DNA from: Phoronis australis
Lineage: Eukaryota > Animalia > Phoronida
NCBI GenBank assembly: GCA_002633005.1
Contig: NMRA01000521.1
Location: forward strand, 200,367 to 264,366
Direction of reading: 5' to 3'
DNA: 64,000 nucleotides
Shown here: positions 38,684 through 52,111 of the stretch, in pieces
Numbering within the stretch: the stretch's first letter is position 1
Layout: each line of letters opens with the position of its first letter
Program-made: the position numbers and the translations under genes
The notes under the pieces: generated by a model
What the model was told of the DNA's origin: nothing
Databases searched by the model: none
Seen by the model: the letters and a program-made list of their open reading frames with translations, nothing else

Positions 38684-40563
38684 TTACTTTTACGGTCACT
38701 TCGTGCCGTGCGGTAGCTTCCCGCTACTCTTGCTTCATATCGTAGTAACTCGCTGGTTCCCTACGTGACTAGCGAGCACGCAGGTATCACGCAGTGGCAC
38801 GCGCTTTAGCATTGGTTGATGTAACCTCAACAGTCATTGGTTAGCTTTACAACACCGTGAAAAAAATGGCAGACTGTGAACAATTGTTAGCCTTGTAATG
38901 CAAGTGGCGTTGTCGCAACTATTTCGTTTCTGCAGTGATCGCTTAATAGCCGCGTGCTTGAAGCACATACATGTACAGCAATAAACACATATCTGGCCCA
39001 TTTAACCGGTGTCTTATTCAGTATGAATATACAGGACAGCATCGTAAACAAAAGTAATCGACAGTAGAAAGATGCACTTCAAAAAGGCGCAACCACAATT
39101 TATAGGATTCACATTTCCTGAACATAAATTTTAAGCACCGATTTGTCTGTACAACTGACCACATTCACACTTCAGTCCATCAGTCATGCCAGTTTGTTTG
39201 CGTAAAGCGCTGACTGTTGAGAGTTCTACGGTACTAGCAAAATCAGAAACGCCATGTAAAAAAATCCCCGAGGAAAATTGATACCTGCGTGCTGGCTATT
39301 GACCACCTAGCGGCACGCAGGGAACCAGTGAGATCGTGGTGATCGCACCCTGGGTGAATGTTGGCTATGGATATTCCGTCCACCGGGTGTTCAATGGAAA
39401 TCACATACTGTACTTTTCTCACAGATGACCAACTCACTTGCATGTCAGGTCATGACACCCCGTGATTCCTCTATGTGGTCGAGCTTAATTGTGATGTGAT
39501 GTGATCTGCATCCATCAGCTCCGGTCTTTCGAGCAGTTACGTTAGGAAGTTTTCCTCGAACTCAACCATTTCTTGACTGCGTGAGAGCAGCAGTACGCTC
39601 TAATACGTTAGTAGAGCAAATATTCAACACAAAGGTATTTGACTATCAAACTTGTTTTTGAATTATCTTGCTAAAAGAGGCCTGGAGCGCGATAAACAGA
39701 CTAAATTGCAATGCTGAAAATGGTTTTCTGCCATTGAAACAGAATCCAACCTGCTCTCAAAAAAATCTGTCAACTGCTCGCCACTTCGTCGATTTTTTTC
39801 CCACAAGGCAAAGGACATCTCCTTATTTGGCATGGCAAGACATAGACGTAGCACATCTCCCTTATATGGCGAATATGACTTTTGACCTCAAGCAACTTCA
39901 AGCAACTGACCGTGAGCGCATGCGTGCATTTATAAGTGAGACGGAGATTAGAAACTCTGTGGTAACTACAGAATTTTTCCTTTGCGCGTATTTCAAAAAT
40001 CGTGAATTTTGTGATTTTTTTCTGAAAATTTAATCGCACGGGAAAGTAAATTGCTTTTTACTAGATAATGCGAGATAGTACTTTCGTCAGGAATTGTTTA
40101 AAAGATGCTTTTGACGAGCTTTCGCGTTTCATGCCTCTTTAAAACGGCTAGAACACCAGTTCTCCTTCGGTCGTCAGATATGAAACTTTTGATTTAAGCC
40201 ACTTGCGCTATAAAATTGGTCGGAAACCTATTTCTTCCTCAAGTTATAGAAATGATTTCATGGCTAGGGAAGAATTCAGTGACAATTCGTTCGTCCATAA
40301 GCCTATCCGGCGCATAAAATGACCTGCTTTGATAAGCTAGATTAATCCCGCCTGATTGCAAGCGTTTAAGAACCATCAGTTCTTCATAAACCCTGGAACC
40401 AACTCTTAATCTGGGGAAGGAATATTATAGGTGAGAAAAGTGATTTTCCGAGATTAGCCTCAGCGCGCAGCCCAGCCTGAAACCTCCGCGGTCGCAGCCT
40501 ATTGTTCGGAGCGGAACTAAATCGCACTTTAACTAAACGACGGGGTAGTTTGAGCCTATTTAA

Positions 40564-40761
40564 AGGGTAGAGTCACTGGCATTGATTTCAGGGAATGTCT
40601 GGCAGACAACTGTGAGAATTGGCGATTTGTGATCAAATCACAAAAATCAACACATCTTGTTCTTTTTTAATTATGGACAAAGCTAATAAATTTAAAAAGT
40701 CTATCCCATCCAACAATAATCCCCCAAAAATGCGTTTTCCTCTAAATTCCGATAACTTCCC
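40564..40761 (+). mobile_element. ~200-bp TTAA-flanked interspersed element, copy 1
   Basis: TTAA at both ends. Diverged reverse complement of 42336-42530 (shared TCTATCCCATCCAACAATAATC and GAATGTCTGGCAGA). Confidence 0.7.
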
Positions 40762-42335
40762 TTAAAGACCATATAACAGTAAGTACCCTGAATTAATGGA
40801 GGGCGGCTGTGTAGCCACTCTAGCCTTACAGAGAAAGCTTGAAGACACGTGACCAAGTAACGCAATTATGAAGTATGCGCTTAAACATGTCAGCAAATTG
40901 AATAAATCGAATTTTCCTGTTACTTAGCCCAATCCTGCAAACACACGACGATAGGTTTTGGGCAATCGGGGTAACGACTTTAAATAAACGTATCCAGGAA
41001 AGCTTTTATGTTAAGCGTAAGGTTGATTCTACACGTTGTATTTCAATGTAACGTCACTTTGATATGTTATTCGTTAATTAAATCTGCATTTCGTCCTGTT
41101 TAAACGGCTAAAGTCAAAACTGCAATTATACCTTTTACTCTCGTAAAACCGATCTCCTAATATTACTTTCGGCTCTGCTATTGGATTCCATTTCCAATTG
41201 ACTGGCACTTATCCATGTGCGTAGTAGGCCCAGTTCGATTTTCGTTTTCAGTCAGCGGATCAGGGTGAAATACATCTTTAATAATGTTGTATACAACCAA
41301 AAAATCGATATTTCAACGTTATTGTAACGCTACTCAGCAACGTACATGTACATGAATACAGCGTGAGGCATGACGTAATATGACATTGAAGTAACGTTTT
41401 TGTGTCTTAGCTGGGATCAAGTTCGCCTCGTTTTGCTATTGGTGAAACCTTCTTCGGGCTGAAACCTTTAATTCTTTAGCTGTACCCTCTTGTGAGCATC
41501 ACCCAGCTGAATTCCCTGAATGACTTGAGCCTAATTAAAGACCTACATTCCTTACTTGTTCTGGTTAAGATTAACTCAAGAATGACTATGGAAGAAACAA
41601 TGAAAAGACCAATATGTGGGACAATCACAGATTTGCTATAGCCTGTTGGAACTCAGTGTCTTTTTTGGACCTATGTGTACATAAGAAAAATAATCATTTA
41701 AGGGTAAACCTCTATAGAACAAGCAAGCATGTGGCAAAGAAATCGGGCGCTGGACTGCCGCGCGAGGTGAGTTGAACATTTTCACAAAAGCTGTCGGACC
41801 TTGCTCAGATTCGTATGCATTCCCCTCTCGTCTTCCAGGAATAGCGTGCGATTCATGATTAGTTTTCATTGATGTTATGCACCTAAAATTGTTTTTGAAA
41901 AACAAATACTATTTTCAGTGTTTAAACGATTAAATTCCTCGCTAAATCTCAGAATTTTAGAATAATCGGCATAATTATACAAACTCTCCTTCCTAAATGG
42001 TCAAATCTGCTTTAAAAAGTACTGTAACTTGCAAATTATAATTAATAGCTTGCAGGGTACTGGATAGAGGTAACTATTGCCGCAGTATAGTGATCCAATA
42101 GCGGAGGAGTCGAGGGTCACCAGGCCTCGCACATTCTTGGGGAAATAAAAGCCAAATAAAAACACATTCACTTAAGAAAACTGAAGTGTCTTTTACATTT
42201 ACTTTCCAGCAATTGGTTCAGTGTTGACAGGGAAAATTTCGTATGATTGTGTTCAACTTAGTGCAATTCACCCATCCTCCATTGTCGCCGATTGGTGTCG
42301 CAAGTGTGTTAAAAATGATGATTGTTGTAGCTTAA

Positions 42336-42530
42336 GGAGAAATTACCGTGGTTACGGGCGAAAACGCTTTTTGTGATTATTGTTGGATGGGATAGAGTTT
42401 TAAAAGATATTAGTTTTTACCAGTGATATAAAACAATAAAGGCCGTTGTGTTTTGGGGATTGATTGCAAATCGACAATATTTACCGATATCTGCCAGACA
42501 TTCGCTGAAACCAAGACCGGTGACTTGACC
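42336..42530 (-). mobile_element. ~200-bp interspersed element, copy 2 (inverted)
   Basis: Begins after TTAA (GGAGAAATTACC...). Contains GATTATTGTTGGATGGGATAGA and TCTGCCAGACATTC, the reverse complements of the copy 1 motifs. Confidence 0.7.
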
Positions 42531-44203
42531 AGATAAATGTGATTGAAATACTCATTTATTTATGACTTTGAGTGCAATTTGTATCGTCAGCAGAGGGTTA
42601 GATGCGATTGCGAAGCTTGTCGGTCCGGGGTTGATTTAAAATAATTACGCTTATCGCCGAAAATGTCACTTTAAATGTCCTACGTTCCATTGTGTAACAT
42701 CGCCTGCCCCTCCCCCCTCCCCACTCCCAAACTGTCGTTGCCTTCCATTCAAAGTGTCCAATTGCCGACTGAACTTTTTGTTCAACACATTATTTTGCTG
42801 TGGAGTGTAGGTTGGTATTCTTAAAAAGTGGCTGAAAACATTTGATGAACTATCCCCTGTAAGCACAACTGCACAGCCCGTTACATCTGCTTCTGATTAC
42901 CCAAATATCGGGGCAAATTTTGAATTCCCTTCATGTTCCGCAGAAGCTGTTTATTTGCCCTTCGCCGATTCCGGTCAGCAACCTTGATCTTGTCGAATTA
43001 CATAAAAGCAGAGGGGTATCTACGGGTGGTTTCAGGACGTCCATGCCCCTCAGCAGAAGCTTCGGCTGTAGATCCTCCAGCGAAAATGCATACTGATCCT
43101 ATGTTTACTACACATGTAACTGCGGAACTCGCTTTTCTATTACCTGGCTAAACAATACATGTATACCTAACCAGTGGCCAGTGTGTGTTTTGCCAACACG
43201 ACAGTTAAAGCATAAAATATCTCTTGAAGTTTACGAGATAATTGTTTTGATTTAGACCACTTATAGTTGTGAAATTAGTTTCAGGTTTCATTTTCAAATA
43301 TAAGGTAAATTCTGGGTTTGAAAAGAACTGACAGTCAGCTATTGCTTGATATGGTTCAACATGTTGGTTTCTCACAGCAGGCCAGATACTCCGATCCTGG
43401 TCTCAAGCAATAACCTGCTGCCAGGTCTTCTCAAGACCGGAAACCGTTTCTAATTTGAATAGCGAACAATCAAACCATTTTACAACGGTAAGTGGTCTCA
43501 ATCAAAAGTTCGTCTCTTGGGAGAAACACCGGTTATACGGGTGCTTGAACACCGGCCGATTTTTATATTTACTTGAGTGTATTCCGTGGTGTATAGCCTT
43601 TTCCGTGATGTCGATAGCGTCGCGGGAACAATCTGTGAAGAATTAACTTATAATTTGGTTATAACTTAGACGCACATTGGAAAAACCACCGCGCTGTGTT
43701 TTGGTAACACGCTCTTATGGTCGCTATGACAACTTGCCCGGTGTCCGGTTTCTTTTAGACTCGTTTTAAAACAATTACATTTGTTGAGTTCGCAGATACA
43801 GTTCTTCAGACGGCTAGAGAGGATCTCAACTCGCGGGACAACAGTTGAGTAGGTGTGATTACCATCACTCAAGGTTAGACCGCCACGTGCGCACCGTGAA
43901 CCCCGTAAGGACCCGGCTGCGAACAGTTTTCACCTGTTGGAAGTCGTTTTGAACACCAAAGGCTTACACCTGGTCAGAAATTTTGGAAGAAAAACAGTTT
44001 CGCACAATACCGTAGCAAAAAAGCCAAATCGCGGTGGCAACGCCGATGCTCATTTACACCTGGAACACAACCTGAAGGACGTGAGGCAAAATCAAAGCTT
44101 TGTTGGCTGGTCTTGCGCAGTTTGTCCCGTGAGTAGTTGGGTGTCACTGAAGATTTTTCACATATCATTTAGTTGAGGTGACGTCGTCATAGTAAAGCAG
44201 ACA

Positions 44204-44504
44204 ATGCAGCGACTTTATTCAACGCGAAGGACATGCAACTTGTTGATCCAAGTTCAATGTTCAGTTCTAGCCACAGTAGTGTTTCTCTTAATTGGACAAG
44301 TGAAGTGTGCCCAGGAGGGTGATATACAGCTTGTCGGCGGACCTTCTCGATATGAGGGCAATGTCTTCATCTACCATCTAGGATCGTGGGGGATAGTGTG
44401 TGATGACGATTGGTCTATTACCAACGCCAAGGTCGTTTGCCGACAGCTGTCGTACGGTTCTCCCACCAAGCACACAAAATACAACAAATATGGAACACTC
44501 AAGC
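44204..44504 (+). CDS. LOXL: Lysyl oxidase-like protein, exon 1: signal peptide and N-half of SRCR1
   Basis: Hydrophobic leader (VLATVVFLLIGQVKCA), then IQLVGGPSRYEGNVFIYHLGSWGIVCDDDWSITNAKVVCRQLSY. Donor C|GTAAGT, phase 1. Confidence 0.92.
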
Positions 44505-47500
44505 GTAAGTTGTGTCTTTCGCTTTGTCAGGCTACCTGTTCTATCTGGCGGGCTCTGTCCTCTTCTACTTGAGATTTTGCAAAATTTGATCTTGTAAAAC
44601 ACAATTTTTTTAAACATGTTACCTCTCGAGTTTACGCAAACGCACGCAGAAACACGTTCGCCCGCCGACATTTCGTTCCAAACGCCTCCACAAAAGGCCT
44701 TGTTTTGTTCCCTATGGCTTATGTCAATACAATCAACCAAACATCAATGATATCCTTATTCGGTGCAAGAATGAATGAATAAACCTGTCAACCGTTTAAG
44801 TATTATGTAGACTTTTTTACCATAATGAATTAAAATTTACTCACGGTGCACCGTGTCTTCGTATGTATAATCCTGATAATTGTTCTATGACAGTTCTTGA
44901 GTATACTGGGATGTGATGCGTGTATATGTAATGCGAAGGTGGCCGCGAGATCCCTTTAGCCACGAAGAGATAGAAAGTTGTATAAGATTGAATAGTTATC
45001 GTACAGGCCAATCTAATTAACACCTATCTCTAATGTTTACGTGGTATCCACTTGTTGATACCATCAAACGATCCCACTGTTTTCATTGTTAATTACTAAC
45101 AATCGCGTCTCGCGTATTCCCTCGGGAAAACGCGGAACACGTGAAGAACGTCACGAATTGAATACGACAGTTAATTCGTTAATTTCCTTCTTTGGTTGAA
45201 TACGTGTATATCAGCTGACTTCAACAAAGTTGCAGGTGCGTTTCACCTTGTTCACCGCCATTATCAAAGAGTCGCCAAGTCTTGGAAAGTTCTGAAAACG
45301 TGATTCGATTTTAATTTCTTCACGATGATAAAACTGGAATAAACCCCCGTCGTCCGCAAACGAAGTAAACGCTTGATTTAAACATATTACTTGGTCACGT
45401 GATGAGTGGTTTCTGGGCTGGGAGTGAACTTGCAAGTATTGCTTCTGAGTAATTCTGCATTTTAATTAAGACAGTCACTATACATTATCCGGCAGTCAAA
45501 CCAAATGCACGTCAAAAGTCTCAAATACTTAAATCATTTTATGTTTTTTAACTGCTTCAAAGAATCAAATGAGTTCTTCAAATTCTTTCAAAGGGTTGTT
45601 CTACGAATGTCATTTATTTCAAAAGTAAATGTTAGGGTCAGGTTCTTGATGTTCAGGATCCAAATCTTTTATTGCACTCTTCTATTTCTGAGGTAGAAAT
45701 GTTATGTGAGTACTGGAAACAATGGCGTGAAGTACATGTAGTTGTGGTAAACACGCACTAATTTCAGTTATCCTAATATTAATTTAAACATTTCAAAGTA
45801 AATTATAGCTTCCTATTTCAAAGACTTGGAAAATACATGTAATCTATTGAATTGAATGTCAAAAAAACAATGTAGATTAAGGTTTAAAGTCCAGATAAGC
45901 TAGATCTCTAAAATACATGTTTCCCTGTTGCTCGAGACCTTGTTCTGTGCACGAAACGACCCGCAGTGACAAGCAAACTTGGCCCTCTATGAAGCACAAA
46001 TAAACTACCGGTTCTTTCCAAGTAAAAAAATCTTTACGAAACTGAATAACAAAGAAGGTGAGCCCAATTTTTCAGCAAGTGGTCTTAATCAAATGTTAAT
46101 TAGTTTTTCGACTGAAGGCGAGTTTGTGGCAGTGTAAAAACTGGCCAAAACTTGTGAAAAACATAACCCTTTCAAATGTTGTTTTTTTAAATTGAATAAA
46201 CCTCCATGCTATCAAACTTCTCTAAGAAAGCCGCGAGCAATTTTCTCAAGGTCATGAGGTGATTAAACAAGACTGACTGTTCCACCCACGTCCGGATGAT
46301 ATCGTATACGTAGAAAATGTGCAAAGGTACTTGTCGCGTGCCAGCGGGCGTTTGAGGTGTGCCCTTAACAGCATTTCACGACCTGGAATTGACATAAAGC
46401 TGAAACGCAAGTTTGGGGTCACGAATATTTAAAATCAATGGGCTACTTTTGCTTGTACAGACTTGTGAAGTAACACACACTAGAGCCTCGTCGTCACGGT
46501 TACCTTGGGCTTCACCAACAGATTTCTACAACTCCAGCCGTCTTCAAAAGAAACGTTTGCCACGAAATCAGATCAAAGTTCCCATGTATACAGTAATAGA
46601 AAATTTACTGCATTAAAGGAAATAAAACACTGACTAAAATGAATTTATACTTGTAAGTCGTTGACTAAAATTCACGATTTTTAATTTTTTGGGTTCTGAC
46701 TTTTGAATTCCATGTGAAACGTTGCCGGCGTTAGGGTCATTTTGCCCGGAGAAATACAATAAAATTAGTCAAAATGAATGCTTCTCGTTTCGGTTCAGGT
46801 ACCCAATGGTGAATGTTTCAGTAACCCCTTGAACCAGTATCGTGCAACAGAGATCATTCTCTCTCTCTCTCTGCTCAAATGCATGGACCCTAGTAATTAA
46901 AAGTAAAAACGTGAAACACAAAAAAGCTTTGTTTTCATGTTAACTCCAAATCAGTCACCCTTTCAAAAACTTTATTCTCAGTGATTGGATGCCCTTCGAT
47001 GTGGATGCCCGGGTCTTCGGCTCGTGCCCCTCCCCCCTTACCATGGCAATTGGCCCACGGGTCGTGGTACCGACTGTAGTGCACGGGAAGGTTTAACAAT
47101 AGACTAGATCGATATCTGGATCTACATGTACCCTCGATTTGCAACTGCTTTCGTTTCTACTTGAGTTGATACCAAACGGAAGGTTTTAATGCACCCTAGT
47201 AACGAGAGCAATGCTTTGCGTCATTCATTTTCCGTGCCAAGGTTATTTTCAACGTATGGATTAGGCAGATTAACCCCACACCCCTGTATCCCTACGGATA
47301 CGACCAAAAGTCCGTTGGCAGTTGTCGCTTTTGGTATTTCCGCCGATACTTTTTATTCAGAAATTGTGGTTCACACTCTCCCACATTTTCACCATCCTAG
47401 TTCCGCCAATTAAAGCAATTCGTTCGTTTTAACCAAGTTAAATTGTACCAAAGTCCAGGGAACGGAAATGGTGGGTGTGAAGTGTGTAACACGAAATCCG

Positions 47501-47944
47501 ACTGTCGTTCAGCAACGGTCCGTCTAGCAACCGGGAGCAAATTCCGCGTCACATGTCGTCGATCAGTGTTTGGTGAACCCGACCTTTTTAATGTGTAAAA
47601 TGCGGTTTTTCAATTATTTCCTAACTAGACGCTCAGAGCTAGATGATACCATGTGGACACAGCATTTCTATTCTGTGTAGGTCGTTGAGGATAGACGTGA
47701 TATGTGTCGCGCAGTTGGGCCACTTCAAGGAACATTCGACAGCGCCTCATGTTACCGTTTGAAATCTAAATGAGATCAGTTAGGGATTGGGGATTGATAC
47801 ATATCCAAGGTCATCAATTATGATTTCATTGCCTGGCACTATTCCTTTTCAGAAAAAGAAAACCACAGTGGCATTTCAGGGACTCTCTGACTATTCAAAA
47901 GGTTCATGGTATCGAGTTACAACATGTTTATGCTCAACACAAAA

Positions 47945-48065
47945 CTATCGATCTATCTATTTAACTTGTTGTATGTCTGTCTGTCGGTCGGTCGGTCTGT
48001 CTGTCTGCCTGTCTGTCTGTCTGTCTGTCGGTCTGTATGTATGTCAGTCTATCTATCTACCTATT
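47945..48065. repeat. Compound tetranucleotide microsatellite (TCTA/TCTG/TCGG/TATG)
   Basis: Directly visible, e.g. GTCTGTCTGTCGGTCGGTCGGTCTGTCTGTCTGCCTGTCTG. Confidence 0.9.
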
Positions 48066-49079
48066 TTTCGGACATGAATCCACTCATTCTGTTTAGTCTG
48101 CCTCTTTTTTATCCTTGTAACAGGCCCACTTTTACCGCCAAAACAAGAGCCAAAAATAAAAGTAGCGTGATGCCTGACTCATTCAATAGTAACCACGCTT
48201 CTTCAAAGTGAGTTAAAAACTCCAGACTAAACAACGAGGACTTCTGATATTTTTTCTTCTTTTGAATGATGAAGCGTAACCGCAGCGAAACCGTAGCAGA
48301 GGTTACAACCAACTAAACGTAGCCTGACTTTGTCTACAGTCTCACTTAAAGCTAAAACTCGCGTTTTCTCACATTTTTTATAATTTAGACAATTACTTAC
48401 CGTTATGAAATTGGTCTCAATTTAGACCTTACTCAAAATGAAGGAGATTCAAGGCTTCCAAAGAACAGTTAGTCATTGCTAGAAACCAAGCTTTACAGGT
48501 TGTCTTGTCATTTTATGCGCCGATCATCATGGTTTCTAAGAATCGTGGTCTCTCAGTGTTTTGGTAGGGGACGGGGCCCGGGATTTATTTTTTGTAGTCG
48601 AAATCAAACGCGAAAGTATTTTTTGACATTTTGTATTCTCATTTGTATGAACTGAAAAAAAGTGTCAGTAAGTCAATGATAGAGCTCGTTATAGTTTATG
48701 CAAATGGATTTCTAGTCCAAGTTCGCACTTGATGACCCCAAGGTTCGAGCAACAAACTCGGTAAAAATTCCAGATTTAGAGTAAAGGGTCACCTGTCGCT
48801 CGAACTTTTGACCTCATTGCTGGGGTCATAATAGGGTTAGACACTAATCCACGTAGGCCATTGAGTACTTACCTCAGGCCCGAAGCTCTCTTCCCATCTG
48901 AGTAAAGAACCACTGCAGTTGAGGCAAATTATATAGCGGTAAGTGATCCGAATCAAACGTGTGTTCATAGTTGCTTTAAATAGCGTACTAAGGACAGTAT
49001 CTCAAACAAATGGTGTAGCATATATATTTGACCCATTGTCAGAGAAGTATACATGTACTTTGCCCAAGTTAGTGTGTAC

Positions 49080-49167
49080 GTTTGTATACTCCTATGCATG
49101 CATATGGCACTCAGCGTACGTTTGCATACTCCTATGCATTCATATGGCAGTATGGCACTCAGCGTAC
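49080..49167. repeat. Local tandem duplication (~40-48 bp)
   Basis: TACTCCTATGCA...TATGGCACTCAGCGTAC occurs twice in tandem. Confidence 0.8.
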
Positions 49168-51550
49168 CCAGACGCTTATGTCGAAATGTGTTTATGTCGA
49201 AAGCAACTTTTGTGCGCCTTTTAACTTTATGCTGTCCAAATATGCTGTTTGCTTTACATTCGCCAACTTAGAACATAGTGTGAGTTTGTCAGTCAAAAGA
49301 TATCACTGAAATATAAACTGCTAGTGTTTGTCTTATTTTGCATTAACTTTTAATTTTGTTTTGAAAAGTGGACAGGGTTTCCGCGGAAACCTGATAACAT
49401 ATGGCGGCAGTTGCATGAGTACCTATAATGCTCGAGACAGCTGTCACTCACTGTGACGGTCATTTTAGGTGGCGGTGAACCACCAAATATAAAATTTAAC
49501 TAAAAGAGTCGTAAGTTAGAAAATATTTGGAACTGTGATGGATGGGCTTAAGTTTCGACTGAAATAACTTGCGTTCAGGTCCATTTTCAATGAAGTTTTT
49601 AACTAAAATGAAGCGTAAAAAGTATCTTTAAAAGGTCACTTAACCCTGTTTGATTTTGTTTTTAGACCAATCCTCGCTCTGACACCTGTTAGTGCACCTT
49701 TTTTGTCTGACTTGATTGATGAAAACAAGATTCAACTGAAAACTCTCATTCACTGTGTCACAGAATGGAAAGTCATGATTGCTCTTGAAGGGACGTGGTC
49801 TTTCCCTACAGGTGGCGTGTAACTCGCGGTTTAAAGCCTAGGTCATGGTTGCCCCATGAGATGACTCTGTAAGGTCTTTTCAATTTTTTCTCCAAACTCT
49901 TGAGGGTTGCTTAGCGTTGGTGGTTAGAGATTTGCATAGAGAATTCGTTGTCACTTAGTGATAATTGCGCAAAACCGGATTTGACATCCTTTTAAGGAGA
50001 AGGCTGGACCAGCGTTTCTTAAGTGTGAGATAAGTTACCCCTCTTTTATTTTGCCTTTAAATTGATAGACATCCCAACTGCAGTACAGACCTACAAAATT
50101 CACAATGGCGTTTAAATTTCAACCGAGAGGTGGTGCGTCATACAACGGTTCAATATACAAAATGCCAAAGGTACAGTGTATTATCAATGTTAAATCAAAC
50201 GCAGTCTTCACAGCACACACCACAGCGTGGCAGCATGCAAAACTCAGCATCGCTGTTTTCGTTTGTAAACTGATATAAAAATAAGTCTGGATGGTGAAAT
50301 TAGAGCTGACAAAATGTGTAGCGGTACTGTGTTGCCATGCCAAGTACAACGAGATCAATGTTCCTAACGTGTTCATTGCTTGCGTGAAAGGCGCGTGTTG
50401 ATGATGATCGCGACACGTATCGGTGTTTACTCGACAAGCCAGCTATACCAAAACGTTTGTTTCTGAACTCACAAACAGCGCCACACGCGTGGATGCTGAC
50501 GACCGATGGCAAACCCCTGTGTATCGCAATCCTGCAGCAGGAGAGAATGCTGTTTGGCAAGTGTTCGATTCTTCTGCTCGGTGGATTTGTTCGTTCAAGA
50601 CCCTATCATTGTCCAAGTTATAGACGTTGACTAGTGCCATAGCAGAAACTAGACGACTCCGGTTAATTCTGGCTCGTGATTGGCCTTAGAAATTATGCCA
50701 ATTAATTAAGTTTAGAAACAGAGACACGTTAGTTCTCTCTCGAAAAATTCTTTTTCAGTCTAAATTCTATGTCCGCCGGGTAATGCCAACACATGTATAA
50801 GCTCACTATGCAGGTATATTTCGCCTGTGTTAGTGGATTCGTTGTGAATGCGTCGCACATATAGCAAAGATTTTATAGATACCTCATATAGGACACCTAT
50901 CAGGTTTGTCAATTCACGTTTCTTCACAAGTCGACCAGGAAATCGATACTTACAGCGCGGTGGAAAGGCGATGAATTTGGCAAGCGCGATGGCACCCACA
51001 AAGCAAATTCCACAGTTGCGTCATGGCGTTAATATTTGAGAGAGCTGGTTCTAGGAATTGAAAGCAAGCGACCCGCGTTTGAATAGACTCCGCTGGCCTT
51101 TTAGAAGTGGCGAATTTTACTTGCTTTTTGTTATCTGGTGCTGGGTTGTAAGAATGCGGGGTGAAGCGTTAAAGACTCAAGCTGTACACGAACGGTCCCC
51201 TTAGTGAATGACAAACAGTGGGAATGGAAGACTTAAAAGCAAAGTCTTTGATTGTAAAAAATCAAAGGCATTTTGCGCATTCTTTGTTCACCATAGACCC
51301 TTTGAAAACAAAGTTTGTTAGCCATAACCCTTTAATTTTTAAGACTTGTCCAATTATTAATCAAATAAAAATGCTATGCTGATTGATTTAATTAAACCCG
51401 AAACAAATGTTTTTAAAAAACAACAGCCTTCAGGTTATGTCAGCAAAATTGAATTTTACAAATTTGAGTGATCATACATGTATTCTCCAGGGGACATTAC
51501 TTGCCTTTTGCTGGCTCCATTGTAGATATGTTTATTTCAACTCTACCTCT

Positions 51551-51619
51551 CATGGGCGGCGCACCATAGGGGGCTGGGGGGCTATAGCCCTCTCTTATTT
51601 CAGTGCTGCGCCGCCCATG
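51551..51619. mobile_element. 69-bp MITE (family B)
   Basis: Perfect 13-bp TIR CATGGGCGGCGCA/TGCGCCGCCCATG and a perfect 5-bp TSD CCTCT (51546-51550, 51620-51624). Confidence 0.88.
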
Positions 51620-52013
51620 CCTCTTGCTCACATAATCAAATTTCACCAGCTGTTGCTCACACCATCTTACAACATTTTAATTTCTCAGTGACTGAAGAGT
51701 CTAAAATCTCCTGGTGAAAATATTTTAAATGTTGAGGAGTTGATTCCTTCAAGGGGTCACACGTACATAGGTATGGGACCAGAGTATCGAGTAGTTGTGT
51801 CTAAGTCTTCGTTGAAACAAAAAATAAACAACGAAAGTCGAAAAACGAATAGAATCTGAAGTAGCACGCTGTGGTGTATTTCATTGTTGGAGATGTCTTC
51901 TTCTTTGTAGGCGCAATGTTGTTTTATACCAGATGTTTGTTTTACTGCTAGTATCGCTATCGCGTCACCATATTTGCCTATAAGCTACACAGGAGTTTGT
52001 TTTCGCATTTCAG

Positions 52014-52111
52014 GAAGAATATGGAAAGACAACGTGAAATGCGCTGGTGTGGAAACCAAGTTAACAAGTTGCCCTTCAAACCCCTGGGCGGTGCATAACT
52101 GCAACTCAAAG
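52014..52111 (+). CDS. LOXL: Lysyl oxidase-like, exon 2: C-half of SRCR1
   Basis: Acceptor TTTCAG, then (R)RIWKDNVKCAGVETKLTSCPSNPWAVHNCNSK, donor GTAGCA. 98 nt, phase 1 to 0. Confidence 0.92.

Noticed and set aside
38262-38817. Element bounded by ACCAATGC/GCATTGGT inverted ends
   Set aside because: Only an 8-bp exact match and no TSD; could be chance.
39668-40033. 121-aa ORF as an intergenic gene
   Set aside because: Non-ATG start, no recognisable domain and no splice partners.
47787-48211. ORFs with repeated SVCL motifs
   Set aside because: They are translations of the TCTG microsatellite.
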